From a bacterium (lineage in GTDB: Bacteria > Patescibacteriota > Microgenomatia > UBA1400 > UBA12108): a DNA stretch of 64,000 nt. Positions 35,717-44,920 of this stretch are shown here, one piece after another. Numbering within the stretch: position 1 is the stretch's first letter; every line of letters begins with the position of its first letter. The notes under the pieces are model-generated. The model saw nothing but the letters and a program-made list of their open reading frames with translations. It was not told the DNA's origin and did no database searches. Both the position numbers and the translations under genes were made by a program. The DNA lies in NCBI GenBank assembly GCA_021788365.1, contig JAJYKS010000004.1:28284-92283 (forward strand), written 5' to 3'.

Positions 35717-36955
35717 ATGTCACAGATAAAATCTGAGTTCGCCCTAGCCTTAATGGCTATTTGCACCGAGCGTGGTATCGACCCCGCTGTTGTTCTCGAC
35801 TCCATCAAACAAGCGATTGTTGCCGCCCTAAAACGCGACCTCGGGATAGAAGACGACGAGGCTATGGCTGCCTACGAAGTAACGGTAAATCCCGACACTG
35901 GCGCCATCGATATCAAAAAAGACGGCAAAGACGCGACCCCTGCTGGCTTTGGCCGCATCGCCGCTCAGGTCGCCAAGCAAGTCATTATGCAACGTGTTCG
36001 TGAGGCAGAAAAAGACGCCATAATTGCCGACTACACCGACAAACTCGGTACCATGGTGACAGGGATGGTCCTTCGCTTTGACGGACCACACGTTGTAGTT
36101 GACATAGGCCGTGGCCAAGCGATTATGCCCCCGGCTGAGGCGATTGCCAACGAATTTTATCGTCTCAATCAGCGCATTGCTGTTTACATCAAAGAAATTC
36201 GCGAAACGTACAAAGGCAAGGCCATCGTTGTCTCCCGATCCGCTCCCGAACTCGTCAAAGAACTCTTTGCCCGAGAGGTACCAGAAGTAGGTGCTGGCGC
36301 AGTAGAAATAGTGGGACTAGCCCGTGAAGCCGGTCACCGCACCAAACTCGCGGTAAAAAGCACCCAGGACGGGGTAGATCCAGTGGGCAGCTGTGTCGGC
36401 CAGAAAGGCGTTCGCGTCCAGGCTGTCATCAATGAATTAAATGGCGAGAAGATCGACATAATCGAATATTCCGAAGACCCCAAGGAATTTGTCGCCGCAG
36501 CTCTCGCCCCAGCCGAAGGGCTATCGGTAGAAATCGACGACAAGAAGAAAAAGGCCGTGGTGGTAGTGCCGGACGATCAGCTCTCTCTGGCAATTGGCAA
36601 GGGTGGCCAAAACGCACGCCTCGCCGCAAAGCTAACTGGTTACCACATTGATATCAAGGGTGCCGGTGCAGGGAATGTTGCTGTCTCGGTTTCAGGCAAG
36701 GAAGAGTTCGAGATCGACGAGCTGGGCTTGTCTAGCAAGATCCGCAATACACTGCTGGAACTCAAGGTTACTACCGTAGGAGACCTCGAGAGCAAGCTTG
36801 CTGAACTAAAGCCAACCATCCTCGAGCTCGACCCACGTGGGCCAGAGGAAGTCGAGAAGGCGATAGCTCGTTGGCACAAAAAGAAAGACATGGCAAAAGA
36901 AGAGGCAGAGAAACTGGCTCGCTACGAAGCAGAGCGGGCTGCCGAGGGGAAATAA
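35717..36955 (+). CDS. nusA: transcription termination/antitermination factor NusA
   Basis: An N-terminal RNAP-binding domain, an S1 domain ('GTMVTGMVLRFDGPHVVVDIGRGQAIMPP') and two KH domains are present. The start is at 'MSQIKSEF' with an AGGAG SD. The ORF-track N-terminal extension translates a terminator hairpin. Confidence 0.85.
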   Translation: MSQIKSEFALALMAICTERGIDPAVVLDSIKQAIVAALKRDLGIEDDEAMAAYEVTVNPDTGAIDIKKDGKDATPAGFGRIAAQVAKQVIMQRVREAEKDAIIADYTDKLGTMVTGMVLRFDGPHVVVDIGRGQAIMPPAEAIANEFYRLNQRIAVYIKEIRETYKGKAIVVSRSAPELVKELFAREVPEVGAGAVEIVGLAREAGHRTKLAVKSTQDGVDPVGSCVGQKGVRVQAVINELNGEKIDIIEYSEDPKEFVAAALAPAEGLSVEIDDKKKKAVVVVPDDQLSLAIGKGGQNARLAAKLTGYHIDIKGAGAGNVAVSVSGKEEFEIDELGLSSKIRNTLLELKVTTVGDLESKLAELKPTILELDPRGPEEVEKAIARWHKKKDMAKEEAEKLARYEAERAAEGK

Positions 36956-37030
36956 ACGGTTCAAGATTTACGATTTTCGATTCAAGATTCATGAATCATA
37001 AATCATAAATCACCTAATGAGGGCAGATTT

Positions 37031-38485
37031 ATGAAGCAGAATAATCTAGAATCAACCAAAGCAACAATCGCGCGCCCTCCCATCGTGGCTATTCTTGGTC
37101 ACGTAGACCACGGCAAGACAACACTGCTCGATTTTATCCGTCATGCACATGTTGCTGCGGGCGAAGCTGGGGGTATCACCCAGAAGATCGGTGCATATCA
37201 GGTAGAGTTTCGTGGTAAAAAGTTGACGTTTATTGATACTCCCGGCCATGCTGCATTTGCCAAAATGCGCTCACGTGGCGCATCCGTCGCTGATGTGGCT
37301 GTTCTGGTTGTCTCAGCTGCCGACAGTGTACAGCCCCAGACAATTGAATCCATCCATCACCTGAAAACGGCGGGAATACCCTACGTGGTGGCCATAAACA
37401 AAATTGATCTACCAGGCGCCAATCCAGAACTCGTAAAAGCCGCTTTGACCGAGCACGAAGTGTTTGTTGAAGGGTACGGTGGCAACACACCATTTGTCCT
37501 CATCTCTGGCAAGACTGGGGAGGGCGTTGACACGTTATTGGAGACGATCCAGCTTCTCGCCGAGCTTGAGGAATTGCAGGGTGACGCTGCAGGCGACCTG
37601 GCTGCACCGATCATCGAGGCGAAGCTCGACGTAAAACGGGGCATGCTCGTCTCAGCAATTGTGAAAAACGGCACGCTCCGAGTCGGCGACATGGTCTACG
37701 CCGGTGCCGCCTCCGGCAAAGTTCGCGCCATCCTTTCAGACGCCGGCATCCAAGTCAAAGAGCTTTTACCCGGCGAGCCCGGCCAAATCCTCGGCTTCAC
37801 CACTCTCCCTGCGGTAGGGGAAGTTATCTCTGACAAACTGGTAGACCAACAATCCGACTCGCTGGCGAGCCGACCTACTGATTTACCAATCGCCGTCCCT
37901 GAAAATCGTCTCCCAATTATATTAAAAGCAGACACAGCAGGCTCACTTGAAGCCATAACAAGCAGCCTCACGGGAGAGGTATACCTGGTCCACACAAGTA
38001 CCGGGGATGTGACGGAAAGCGACGTTCTCTTGGCCGCAACCACGCACGCAACGGTCATAGGCTTCAGCGTCAAGGCAGGAAACTCAGTGATAAAACTAGC
38101 CGAGACAGAAGGGGTGGTGGTCAAGACCTACAAAATCATTTACGAGCTCCTCGAGTATCTCGAGAAAAAAGTGCTAAAGCTCATGGCCCCGTCCATAAAC
38201 GAAGAGGAACTTGGGAAGGCAGCGGTTATCAAAGTGTTTGACATTAATGGCGACCACATTGCCGGCTGCCGTATCGAGTCAGGACGCCTGGAAACTGGGG
38301 ATACAATTCACTTGGTTAGAGGTCCCGTAGTAAAAGAAGCGAAGATCCGTACCATCCGGATAGGCAAAGACGAAGTAACAAAGGTTGAAGCGGGTAAAGA
38401 GTGCGGGGTCTTCTTCTCACCCAACCTTGACATCAAGGAAAAAGACTATATAATACCCTATAAGAAAATTACAACTGACGAATAG
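37031..38485 (+). CDS. infB: translation initiation factor IF-2 (short form without the long N-terminal region)
   Basis: '[17 protein letters not shown]' is G1 and 'DTPGHAAF' is G3. 'NKIDL' and the C-terminal IF-2 beta-barrel domains are present. Length is 484 aa. Confidence 0.9.
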   Translation: MKQNNLESTKATIARPPIVAILGHVDHGKTTLLDFIRHAHVAAGEAGGITQKIGAYQVEFRGKKLTFIDTPGHAAFAKMRSRGASVADVAVLVVSAADSVQPQTIESIHHLKTAGIPYVVAINKIDLPGANPELVKAALTEHEVFVEGYGGNTPFVLISGKTGEGVDTLLETIQLLAELEELQGDAAGDLAAPIIEAKLDVKRGMLVSAIVKNGTLRVGDMVYAGAASGKVRAILSDAGIQVKELLPGEPGQILGFTTLPAVGEVISDKLVDQQSDSLASRPTDLPIAVPENRLPIILKADTAGSLEAITSSLTGEVYLVHTSTGDVTESDVLLAATTHATVIGFSVKAGNSVIKLAETEGVVVKTYKIIYELLEYLEKKVLKLMAPSINEEELGKAAVIKVFDINGDHIAGCRIESGRLETGDTIHLVRGPVVKEAKIRTIRIGKDEVTKVEAGKECGVFFSPNLDIKEKDYIIPYKKITTDE

Positions 38486-38526
38486 TCCCGTGTACGCGCT
38501 GTACGTGTACACGAGCACACGTACAT

Positions 38527-39393
38527 ATGAATGAAGAACTACAAAATCTCAAAAGCAAAGTTGCAACTGCCGGCTCGATTTTAATCGCGCTTCCGGAAAA
38601 TCCATCGCAGGATATTGTCGCCGCCGCACTTGCACTCTACCTCTCGCTCACCCAATCTGGCAAACAAGCGTCAGTTGTTGCCGCCTCGGCTCCAGTTGTT
38701 CGTGACTCTCACCTCGTCGGCGTCGACAAGATTGCAACCGACGTTGGTGGTAAAAATTTGGTCATGACGATAGGTGGCCCAGACGATGCCGTGGACAAAG
38801 TGACGAGTAATACCGAGGGTGGCCATCTCAACCTGGTCATTATCCCCAAAAAGGGCACGCCAGGATTAACGCAAAATGATGTCACCTTTTCCTATTCAGG
38901 CTCAGCTGCAGATCTCGTTATAGTCGTTGGCGCCGCCGATCTTAAGGATTTGGGTGCGTTGGCAGAAAAAGAACACGAGGTTTTTGCTAGAGAAAATCTG
39001 GTAAATATGAGTAACCAAGTTGGATCGTTCGGATCGGTAAACTTGACCGATCCCAGTTCGAGCAATAGCGAACTCGTGACGGCGGTACTTCAGGAGCTAG
39101 CCCTCCCCTTAGATGTAGATATAGCAAACAATCTTATGCGTGGTATCGAAGATGCGACCTCCGGTCTCTCTTCGCCAAACATGACTGCCGATACCTTTGA
39201 GGCTTTGGCGGTGCTGTATCGCACCGGCGCCCGTCGCGTACCACCTGCTGCGGGTGGACATCTAGAGCCAGCTCCCGCCAAGATAGTTTCAGACATGCCG
39301 ATTGTAGAGCCAACTCGTCCTGCTCCCCAGCCATCCGCCCAAGCCGATTGGCTCAAGCCCAAAATCTTGACCGCAAAAGACAAAAACCAATAA
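38527..39393 (+). CDS. DHH-family phosphoesterase-like protein (NrnA-like fold, catalytic DHH motif not conserved)
   Basis: '[24 protein letters not shown]' resembles NrnA motif I/II, but 'DHH' is replaced by 'PKK'. The gene occupies the position after infB where rbfA and nrnA usually sit. Confidence 0.35.
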   Translation: MNEELQNLKSKVATAGSILIALPENPSQDIVAAALALYLSLTQSGKQASVVAASAPVVRDSHLVGVDKIATDVGGKNLVMTIGGPDDAVDKVTSNTEGGHLNLVIIPKKGTPGLTQNDVTFSYSGSAADLVIVVGAADLKDLGALAEKEHEVFARENLVNMSNQVGSFGSVNLTDPSSSNSELVTAVLQELALPLDVDIANNLMRGIEDATSGLSSPNMTADTFEALAVLYRTGARRVPPAAGGHLEPAPAKIVSDMPIVEPTRPAPQPSAQADWLKPKILTAKDKNQ

Positions 39394-39439
39394 TCCCATT
39401 GCGCTTCCGTCTGATCTCTTGTACAATACCCACCTAGTT

Positions 39440-39706
39440 ATGATCAAATCTGACAGCAAATCCAAAATTATTAAAAAGTTTGCAACTACGAAAGGAGACA
39501 CTGGGTCCCCCGAGGTTCAGATTGCACTTCTCACTGAGCGAATCAAAGAGCTCACTGCCCATTTGAAGGTTCACAAGAAGGACAATCACTCTCGTCGCGG
39601 GCTGTTGAAGATGGTTTCCCATCGTCGCCGCCTCTTAAACTACCTAAGAAGTAGTGTTGAGGATCGGTACAAAGCGCTCGTGAAGAGTTTGGATCTCGCG
39701 AAATAG
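39440..39706 (+). CDS. rpsO: 30S ribosomal protein S15
   Basis: '[49 protein letters not shown]' is the S15 signature. It is followed by pnp, the canonical arrangement. Confidence 0.85.
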   Translation: MIKSDSKSKIIKKFATTKGDTGSPEVQIALLTERIKELTAHLKVHKKDNHSRRGLLKMVSHRRRLLNYLRSSVEDRYKALVKSLDLAK

Positions 39707-39722
39707 TTCCCAGTAAAGTTTC

Positions 39723-41903
39723 ATGAACGTTACCAAAGTAACCACCCAGGTTGGTGGAAAAGATTTAGTACTCGAATACGGCAAGTTTTCCGAACAGGCG
39801 AACGCCGCGGTCCTCGTGACCTACGGCGAAACGGTTGTCCACGTGACGACCGTCATGGCCCACTCAGACACCATGCTCCCGTACTTCCCCCTCAGCGTAG
39901 ACTTCGCCGAGAAGCTCTATGCCGGCGGCAAAATCAAAGGCAGCCGTTGGGTCAAGCGTGACGGTCGGCCGAGCGACGAAGCGATCCTGAAAAGCCGCAT
40001 CATTGACCGCTCCATCCGCCCCCTCTTCCCGAGCTATCTTCACCGCGACGTACAAGTTATCGCCACCGTCCTCTCCGCAGATGTGGACAACGACGGCGAC
40101 ATGCCGGCACTAGTCGCGACCTCCGCCGCGCTCTCCATCTCCGACATTCCCTGGGATGGTCCCATCGCGGCCGTCCGCGTGGGTATGATAGACGGCAAGT
40201 TTGTCGCCAACCCTACCTACGCCGAACGCGAGACGTCCAAACTGGACCTCATCGTCTCCGGTAGCAAAGCCGCGATCGTCATGGTCGAAGCGGGTGCTAA
40301 AGAGGTAACCGAAGCTGAGACTTTGGAAGCGCTGAAATTCGCCCACGAAGAAATTAAGAAAATTATCGCCACCATTGAAGAATTGGTGAGTAAGGTCGGC
40401 AAAAAGAAACAGGAATTTGTCGAAGTAGAAACCATTCCCGCCGAGTTGAAAGCCGAAGTAGCCAAAAAAATCCGCGGAGACGTCGAAGCCCGTATGGGTC
40501 ATCCCGGCGCCGAGGACGGCCTCATCGAGGAGGTGGTAGCCTCGCTCAAAGAGACCTACGCCGAAAAACTGGATAGTCACCAGCTTGGCGACATTGTCCA
40601 CGAAGTTTTGGCAGAGGTCGCCCGCGACTTGACCATTCATAAAGAGACTCGTGTCGACGGTCGCAAATTGACCGAAATCCGTCCCCTCGAGGCCATGGTA
40701 GATCTCTTTCCCCGCCCGCACGGCTCCGCCATGTTCAAGCGCGGTGAGACGCAGGTAGTCTCCATTACCACCCTTGGCTCACCCTCTTTGGGGCAGATCC
40801 TCGAAACCATGACCGACGAGCACGTCAAGCGCTACATGCACTTTTACAACATGCCTCCCTACGCCTCAGGCGAAACGGGCCGCTTCGGCGCCCCCGGCCG
40901 CCGCGAGATCGGCCACGGAGCCCTGGCCGAGCGCGCCCTCGTCCCCGTGCTTCCCCCAGAATCGGAATTTCCCTATGCCATTCAGGTAGTCTCCGAAGTG
41001 ATGAGTAGCAATGGGAGTACCTCCCAAGCTTCCATCTGCGGCTCTACCATGTCCCTCATGGCTGCCGGTGTTCCTATCAAGAAGCCGGTTGCCGGTATCG
41101 CCATGGGCCTCATGACCGATGGAGAAAAATCGGTGGTCCTAACTGACATCGCCGGTGTCGAAGATCACGTTGGCGACATGGATTTCAAGGTGGCAGGAAC
41201 GAAAGACGGCATTACCGCTCTCCAGATGGATATCAAGGTCTCCGGCATCTCGTTTGAGGTTCTGGAAAAAGCTTTGGCGCAGGCCAAAGACGCCCGATTC
41301 CAAATTATGGAGGTCATGCTCAAGGCTATTCCCGAGCCGAGAAAAACCCTCAGCAAATACGCGCCCAAGATCGTTCAATTTGAGATTCCGAATGACAAGA
41401 TCGGCGAGGTCATAGGACCAGGCGGCAAAAACATTCGCCTAATTATGAGTGAGACCGGTACCCAGGTAGACATCGACGACGCGACCGGCGTCGGCGTCGT
41501 TACCGTGACGGGTACGGCGAACGATGGCCTGGACAAAGCGGTCAACTGGATCAAGGGCATGGTACACGTGCCGGTAGCAGGTGAAGAATACGATGGCCAC
41601 GTCACCCGCGTTGAGAGCTATGGTTGCTTCGTCGAATTTACGGCCGGTAAACAAGGCCTCGTCCACGTCTCGCGGATGAGCACCGAATATGTGCAGGACG
41701 CGAGTGCGCTGGTCAAAGTCGGCGACGCCGTCCACGTTTGGGTAAAGGGTGTCGATGATCAAGGGAGAGTAGACCTCTCTATGATCCCACTCGATCAGTT
41801 GAAGCCCGAAGCCGAACGTCCACCTCGCCGAGATTTTGGTGGCCCACGCCGTGGTGGTTTTAGCCGCGGTGGTGATCGCGGTGGCTTCCGCCCTCGCCGG
41901 TAA
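39723..41903 (+). CDS. pnp: polyribonucleotide nucleotidyltransferase (PNPase)
   Basis: Two RNase PH domains, a KH domain ('IPNDKIGEVIGPGGKNIR'), a C-terminal S1 domain and an RGG tail are present. Confidence 0.95.
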   Translation: MNVTKVTTQVGGKDLVLEYGKFSEQANAAVLVTYGETVVHVTTVMAHSDTMLPYFPLSVDFAEKLYAGGKIKGSRWVKRDGRPSDEAILKSRIIDRSIRPLFPSYLHRDVQVIATVLSADVDNDGDMPALVATSAALSISDIPWDGPIAAVRVGMIDGKFVANPTYAERETSKLDLIVSGSKAAIVMVEAGAKEVTEAETLEALKFAHEEIKKIIATIEELVSKVGKKKQEFVEVETIPAELKAEVAKKIRGDVEARMGHPGAEDGLIEEVVASLKETYAEKLDSHQLGDIVHEVLAEVARDLTIHKETRVDGRKLTEIRPLEAMVDLFPRPHGSAMFKRGETQVVSITTLGSPSLGQILETMTDEHVKRYMHFYNMPPYASGETGRFGAPGRREIGHGALAERALVPVLPPESEFPYAIQVVSEVMSSNGSTSQASICGSTMSLMAAGVPIKKPVAGIAMGLMTDGEKSVVLTDIAGVEDHVGDMDFKVAGTKDGITALQMDIKVSGISFEVLEKALAQAKDARFQIMEVMLKAIPEPRKTLSKYAPKIVQFEIPNDKIGEVIGPGGKNIRLIMSETGTQVDIDDATGVGVVTVTGTANDGLDKAVNWIKGMVHVPVAGEEYDGHVTRVESYGCFVEFTAGKQGLVHVSRMSTEYVQDASALVKVGDAVHVWVKGVDDQGRVDLSMIPLDQLKPEAERPPRRDFGGPRRGGFSRGGDRGGFRPRR

Positions 41904-41923
41904 TTCTGAGTTATACTAGTCAC

Positions 41924-43114
41924 ATGGAACCAAACATGCCTCCTACCGAGCCGGTGGCTCCGCAGCCACCCGCACCCCCAACACTTCCTCAGAATGAAGG
42001 TAAGTCCAAACGACTCCTCATGCTAGTAGGTGGTATCGCCGCAATCTTGCTTTCATTAGCGCTAGGTCTATCGCTCTTGGGAAGAAGGGGTAATACCCCG
42101 ACGTCCTCAGGGGCGAACCCAAGTCCCTCGGGTGGCGTCATTGCCGGGTGGCCAACCTACACAAGTGCCGCCGACTTTTACACGATCCAGCTCCCTCCCG
42201 CGTGGATCGCACTACCCCGTACTCCCAATAATCCTCACCTGCTACAGTTCACTTCTCCCGACGGCGCGCTCCTCCAAATTTCAGCAGAAAAAACAACCGC
42301 TGGCTCTCTCGACACCTATCTTGGCACCTACGACGTAGCACATCAGGCGGATTGGAATAATGGTCCCTCAGAAAAGGCAAATAGCACCAAACAGGTAAAG
42401 GTAAATACCTATGACGGCTACGAACGAACCGAATTCTGGACAGAGCAAAGTTTGCAAACAGTGGTGACCTACGCAAAAGTCCAAGACGAAGTGTACATTT
42501 TTGCACTGATTCCCACCGGCGGGAAAAATTCTTTGCCGAACCAGACAGTAGTAAACGACTACCACACCGCGCTGTCTACATTTGCGCTTACCTCCACCGC
42601 GCAACTTGGGAAAGACTGGAAGACGTATACAAGCACCGCGGTGCCAGGCCTTTCATATCCACCTTTTAGTATCTCGTATCCCCAAACTTGGACCGCGAGC
42701 GCGAGTGCAAGTACCAACGAACTCTCCCTCACGATCTACCGAAATAACTACGAGATAGATATAAGTCAGGCACCGGTTGGAACGTCTGTTTGTCTTTTCT
42801 CCGACTCACCCACCTTCAACGGTTTGTCAGGCGACCTGAGAAACAAACAGTACACCGAACTGACGACAAATAACGGTGTAGTCCTCCGCCGATACTTCAA
42901 CGCCAATAGTGGGTCAACCTCTACGATGTATTTCTGCGAACACCAAGCTCAGGGGCTATACTTTGTGACGCCGCTGACCATAGGTGGTCTCGTGTACACC
43001 GTTCCTGCTCAGTATGATCCCGACGTAATTTCCGAAATGGATACTATCGTCAAAACCCTTGCCCCGGCTCCGTCGTCTTCACCATCCGCCTCACCCACTT
43101 CGTCACCCCAATAA
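41924..43114 (+). CDS. hypothetical membrane-anchored extracytoplasmic protein
   Basis: A Pro-rich N-terminus, one TM ('LLMLVGGIAAILLSLALGLSLL') and about 330 aa of extracellular domain. No motif recognised. Confidence 0.4.
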   Translation: MEPNMPPTEPVAPQPPAPPTLPQNEGKSKRLLMLVGGIAAILLSLALGLSLLGRRGNTPTSSGANPSPSGGVIAGWPTYTSAADFYTIQLPPAWIALPRTPNNPHLLQFTSPDGALLQISAEKTTAGSLDTYLGTYDVAHQADWNNGPSEKANSTKQVKVNTYDGYERTEFWTEQSLQTVVTYAKVQDEVYIFALIPTGGKNSLPNQTVVNDYHTALSTFALTSTAQLGKDWKTYTSTAVPGLSYPPFSISYPQTWTASASASTNELSLTIYRNNYEIDISQAPVGTSVCLFSDSPTFNGLSGDLRNKQYTELTTNNGVVLRRYFNANSGSTSTMYFCEHQAQGLYFVTPLTIGGLVYTVPAQYDPDVISEMDTIVKTLAPAPSSSPSASPTSSPQ

Positions 43115-43131
43115 AATGATAAGATGTATCT

Positions 43132-44196
43132 ATGCCCGATAATGTAAATCAATCTCTCTTTGCGGAAGAGCTCGTCAAATTAAAATCGAAAATCGACGGC
43201 GCCAAGCTGCCGGATGACCTACGAGGAAAATCCGAGGAAATGCTCGCCCGCCTCCGCCGTATGGTAGATACAGGCAGCTACAGCGCCGAATACGATCGTA
43301 TTGCCCACTATATTGAGTGGGTCACGACACTCCCTTGGGGTACCTATACCACCGACCATTTGGATATCGCCGCCGCAGGGGCAGCCATGAATAAAACTCA
43401 TTATGGCATGCAAGAAGCCAAAGATCGCATTCTCGAATACGTTGCCACCATGAAGCTGCGCCACGATCAAGGAGGCGAACAAGTAGTACATGCCCCTGCC
43501 ATTTTCCTGGTTGGCTTGGTTGGTACAGGGAAAACCACCTTTGCCTACAGTCTCGCCGAGACCCTGGGTCGCAAATTTGCCCGTATCCCGTTCGGTGGCT
43601 TGGGGAGCGCGCGAGACCTGCGTGGTCGCTCACGGCTGTTTCCAGAGGCAGAGCCAGGAGCTATAGTGAAAGCCATTCGCGACGCTGGCAGCATGAACCC
43701 GGTGTTGCTGCTTGATGAAATCGACCGCGTCGGTGCAGAGGAGCGGGCAGACATTATGGGTGTCTTGGTAGAGCTCTTGGATCCCACCCAAAACAATCGT
43801 TTCCTCGACCACTACCTAGACTATCCATTAGATCTCTCACAGGTATTGTTCATCGCGACGGCCAACAACACGACAAATGTGGCAACCGCCGCGCTCGACC
43901 GTCTAGAGCTCATTCAGATGCCCTCATATACCGACGAAGAGAAAATCCACATCGCCGCCGAATTTTTGCTACCCAAAGCCATGAAAGATGCCGGGCTGCT
44001 TCCATCACAGCTCTCGATCGATCCAGCTGTCTGGCCCGTAGTAGCGCGCCCCTTAGGGTTCGACGCCGGCATTCGTACGCTACAGCGCACGATTAGTGCA
44101 CTAACCCGCCGGGTAGCTCGCGAAGTTGTAGAAGGTAAGGCGCAATCGGTTACAATAGACGTAAATAATTACAAGACGTATATGAAGGCGTACTAG
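43132..44196 (+). CDS. Lon-family AAA+ ATPase module without a peptidase domain
   Basis: 'LPWGTYTTDHLDIAAAGAAMNKTHYGMQEAKDRILEYVA' matches the Lon 'LPW...HYGLEKVKERILEYLAV' block. It has Walker A 'GLVGTGKT', Walker B 'LLLDEIDRVG' and 'ELLDPTQNNRFLDHYLDYPLDLSQVLFIATAN', Lon's sensor region. The ORF ends after the alpha-helical lid, with no Ser-Lys protease domain. Confidence 0.6.
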   Translation: MPDNVNQSLFAEELVKLKSKIDGAKLPDDLRGKSEEMLARLRRMVDTGSYSAEYDRIAHYIEWVTTLPWGTYTTDHLDIAAAGAAMNKTHYGMQEAKDRILEYVATMKLRHDQGGEQVVHAPAIFLVGLVGTGKTTFAYSLAETLGRKFARIPFGGLGSARDLRGRSRLFPEAEPGAIVKAIRDAGSMNPVLLLDEIDRVGAEERADIMGVLVELLDPTQNNRFLDHYLDYPLDLSQVLFIATANNTTNVATAALDRLELIQMPSYTDEEKIHIAAEFLLPKAMKDAGLLPSQLSIDPAVWPVVARPLGFDAGIRTLQRTISALTRRVAREVVEGKAQSVTIDVNNYKTYMKAY

Positions 44197-44214
44197 CGCC
44201 TAGAGCCAGAGGGC

Positions 44215-44880
44215 ATGGAAGTAAAAATAGAACCAAGTTGGAAAAGAGTTCTTGAGAAAGAGTTTGATAAAGACTACTTTAAGACACTTACCAAGTTTGT
44301 AAAAAATGAATACGAAAGCCGCACGGTTTACCCGCCGCCCAAGTTTATTTTTCGTGCTTTCGAGTTGACGCCGTTTGATAAAGTCAAAGTTGTCATCTTG
44401 GGGCAGGATCCATATCACGGCCCGGGGCAGGCCAACGGTCTCTGCTTCGCAGTCAACAAAGGAGTACGACTTCCACCGTCTTTGCAAAACATCTACAAAG
44501 AGATTGCTACAGACACCGGCAAACCCCCAGTCTACACAGACGGCGACCTCGAAGAGTGGGCCAAACAAGGTGTGCTGCTCTTAAACGCAACGCTGACGGT
44601 TTCGGCCCATGAGCCTGGCTCGCATCAGAACCAGGGTTGGGAACAGTTTACCGATACCGTTGTAAAGGCACTCTCAGAACAAAAAGAAAATCTCGTCTTT
44701 ATTTTATGGGGCGCATATGCCCAAAAGAAAGGAGCGGTAATAGACGAGAATAAACATTTGATCATTCGATCCGCTCACCCCTCACCGTTCTCGGCCGCAA
44801 ACGGTTTTTTTGGCTCGCGGCCGTTCACTCGCTGTGACACGTATCTAGTCACGCACGGCGAGGTACCTATTATATGGTGA
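44215..44880 (+). CDS. ung: uracil-DNA glycosylase (family 1)
   Basis: The water-activating loop 'VILGQDPYHGPGQANGLCFAV', 'LLLNATLTV' and the 'AHPSPFSA' leucine-loop region are present. Confidence 0.85.
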   Translation: MEVKIEPSWKRVLEKEFDKDYFKTLTKFVKNEYESRTVYPPPKFIFRAFELTPFDKVKVVILGQDPYHGPGQANGLCFAVNKGVRLPPSLQNIYKEIATDTGKPPVYTDGDLEEWAKQGVLLLNATLTVSAHEPGSHQNQGWEQFTDTVVKALSEQKENLVFILWGAYAQKKGAVIDENKHLIIRSAHPSPFSAANGFFGSRPFTRCDTYLVTHGEVPIIW

Positions 44881-44920
44881 CTAGATCTCTGTATACTGAT
44901 ACTACGAAAGGAAAAATTAT

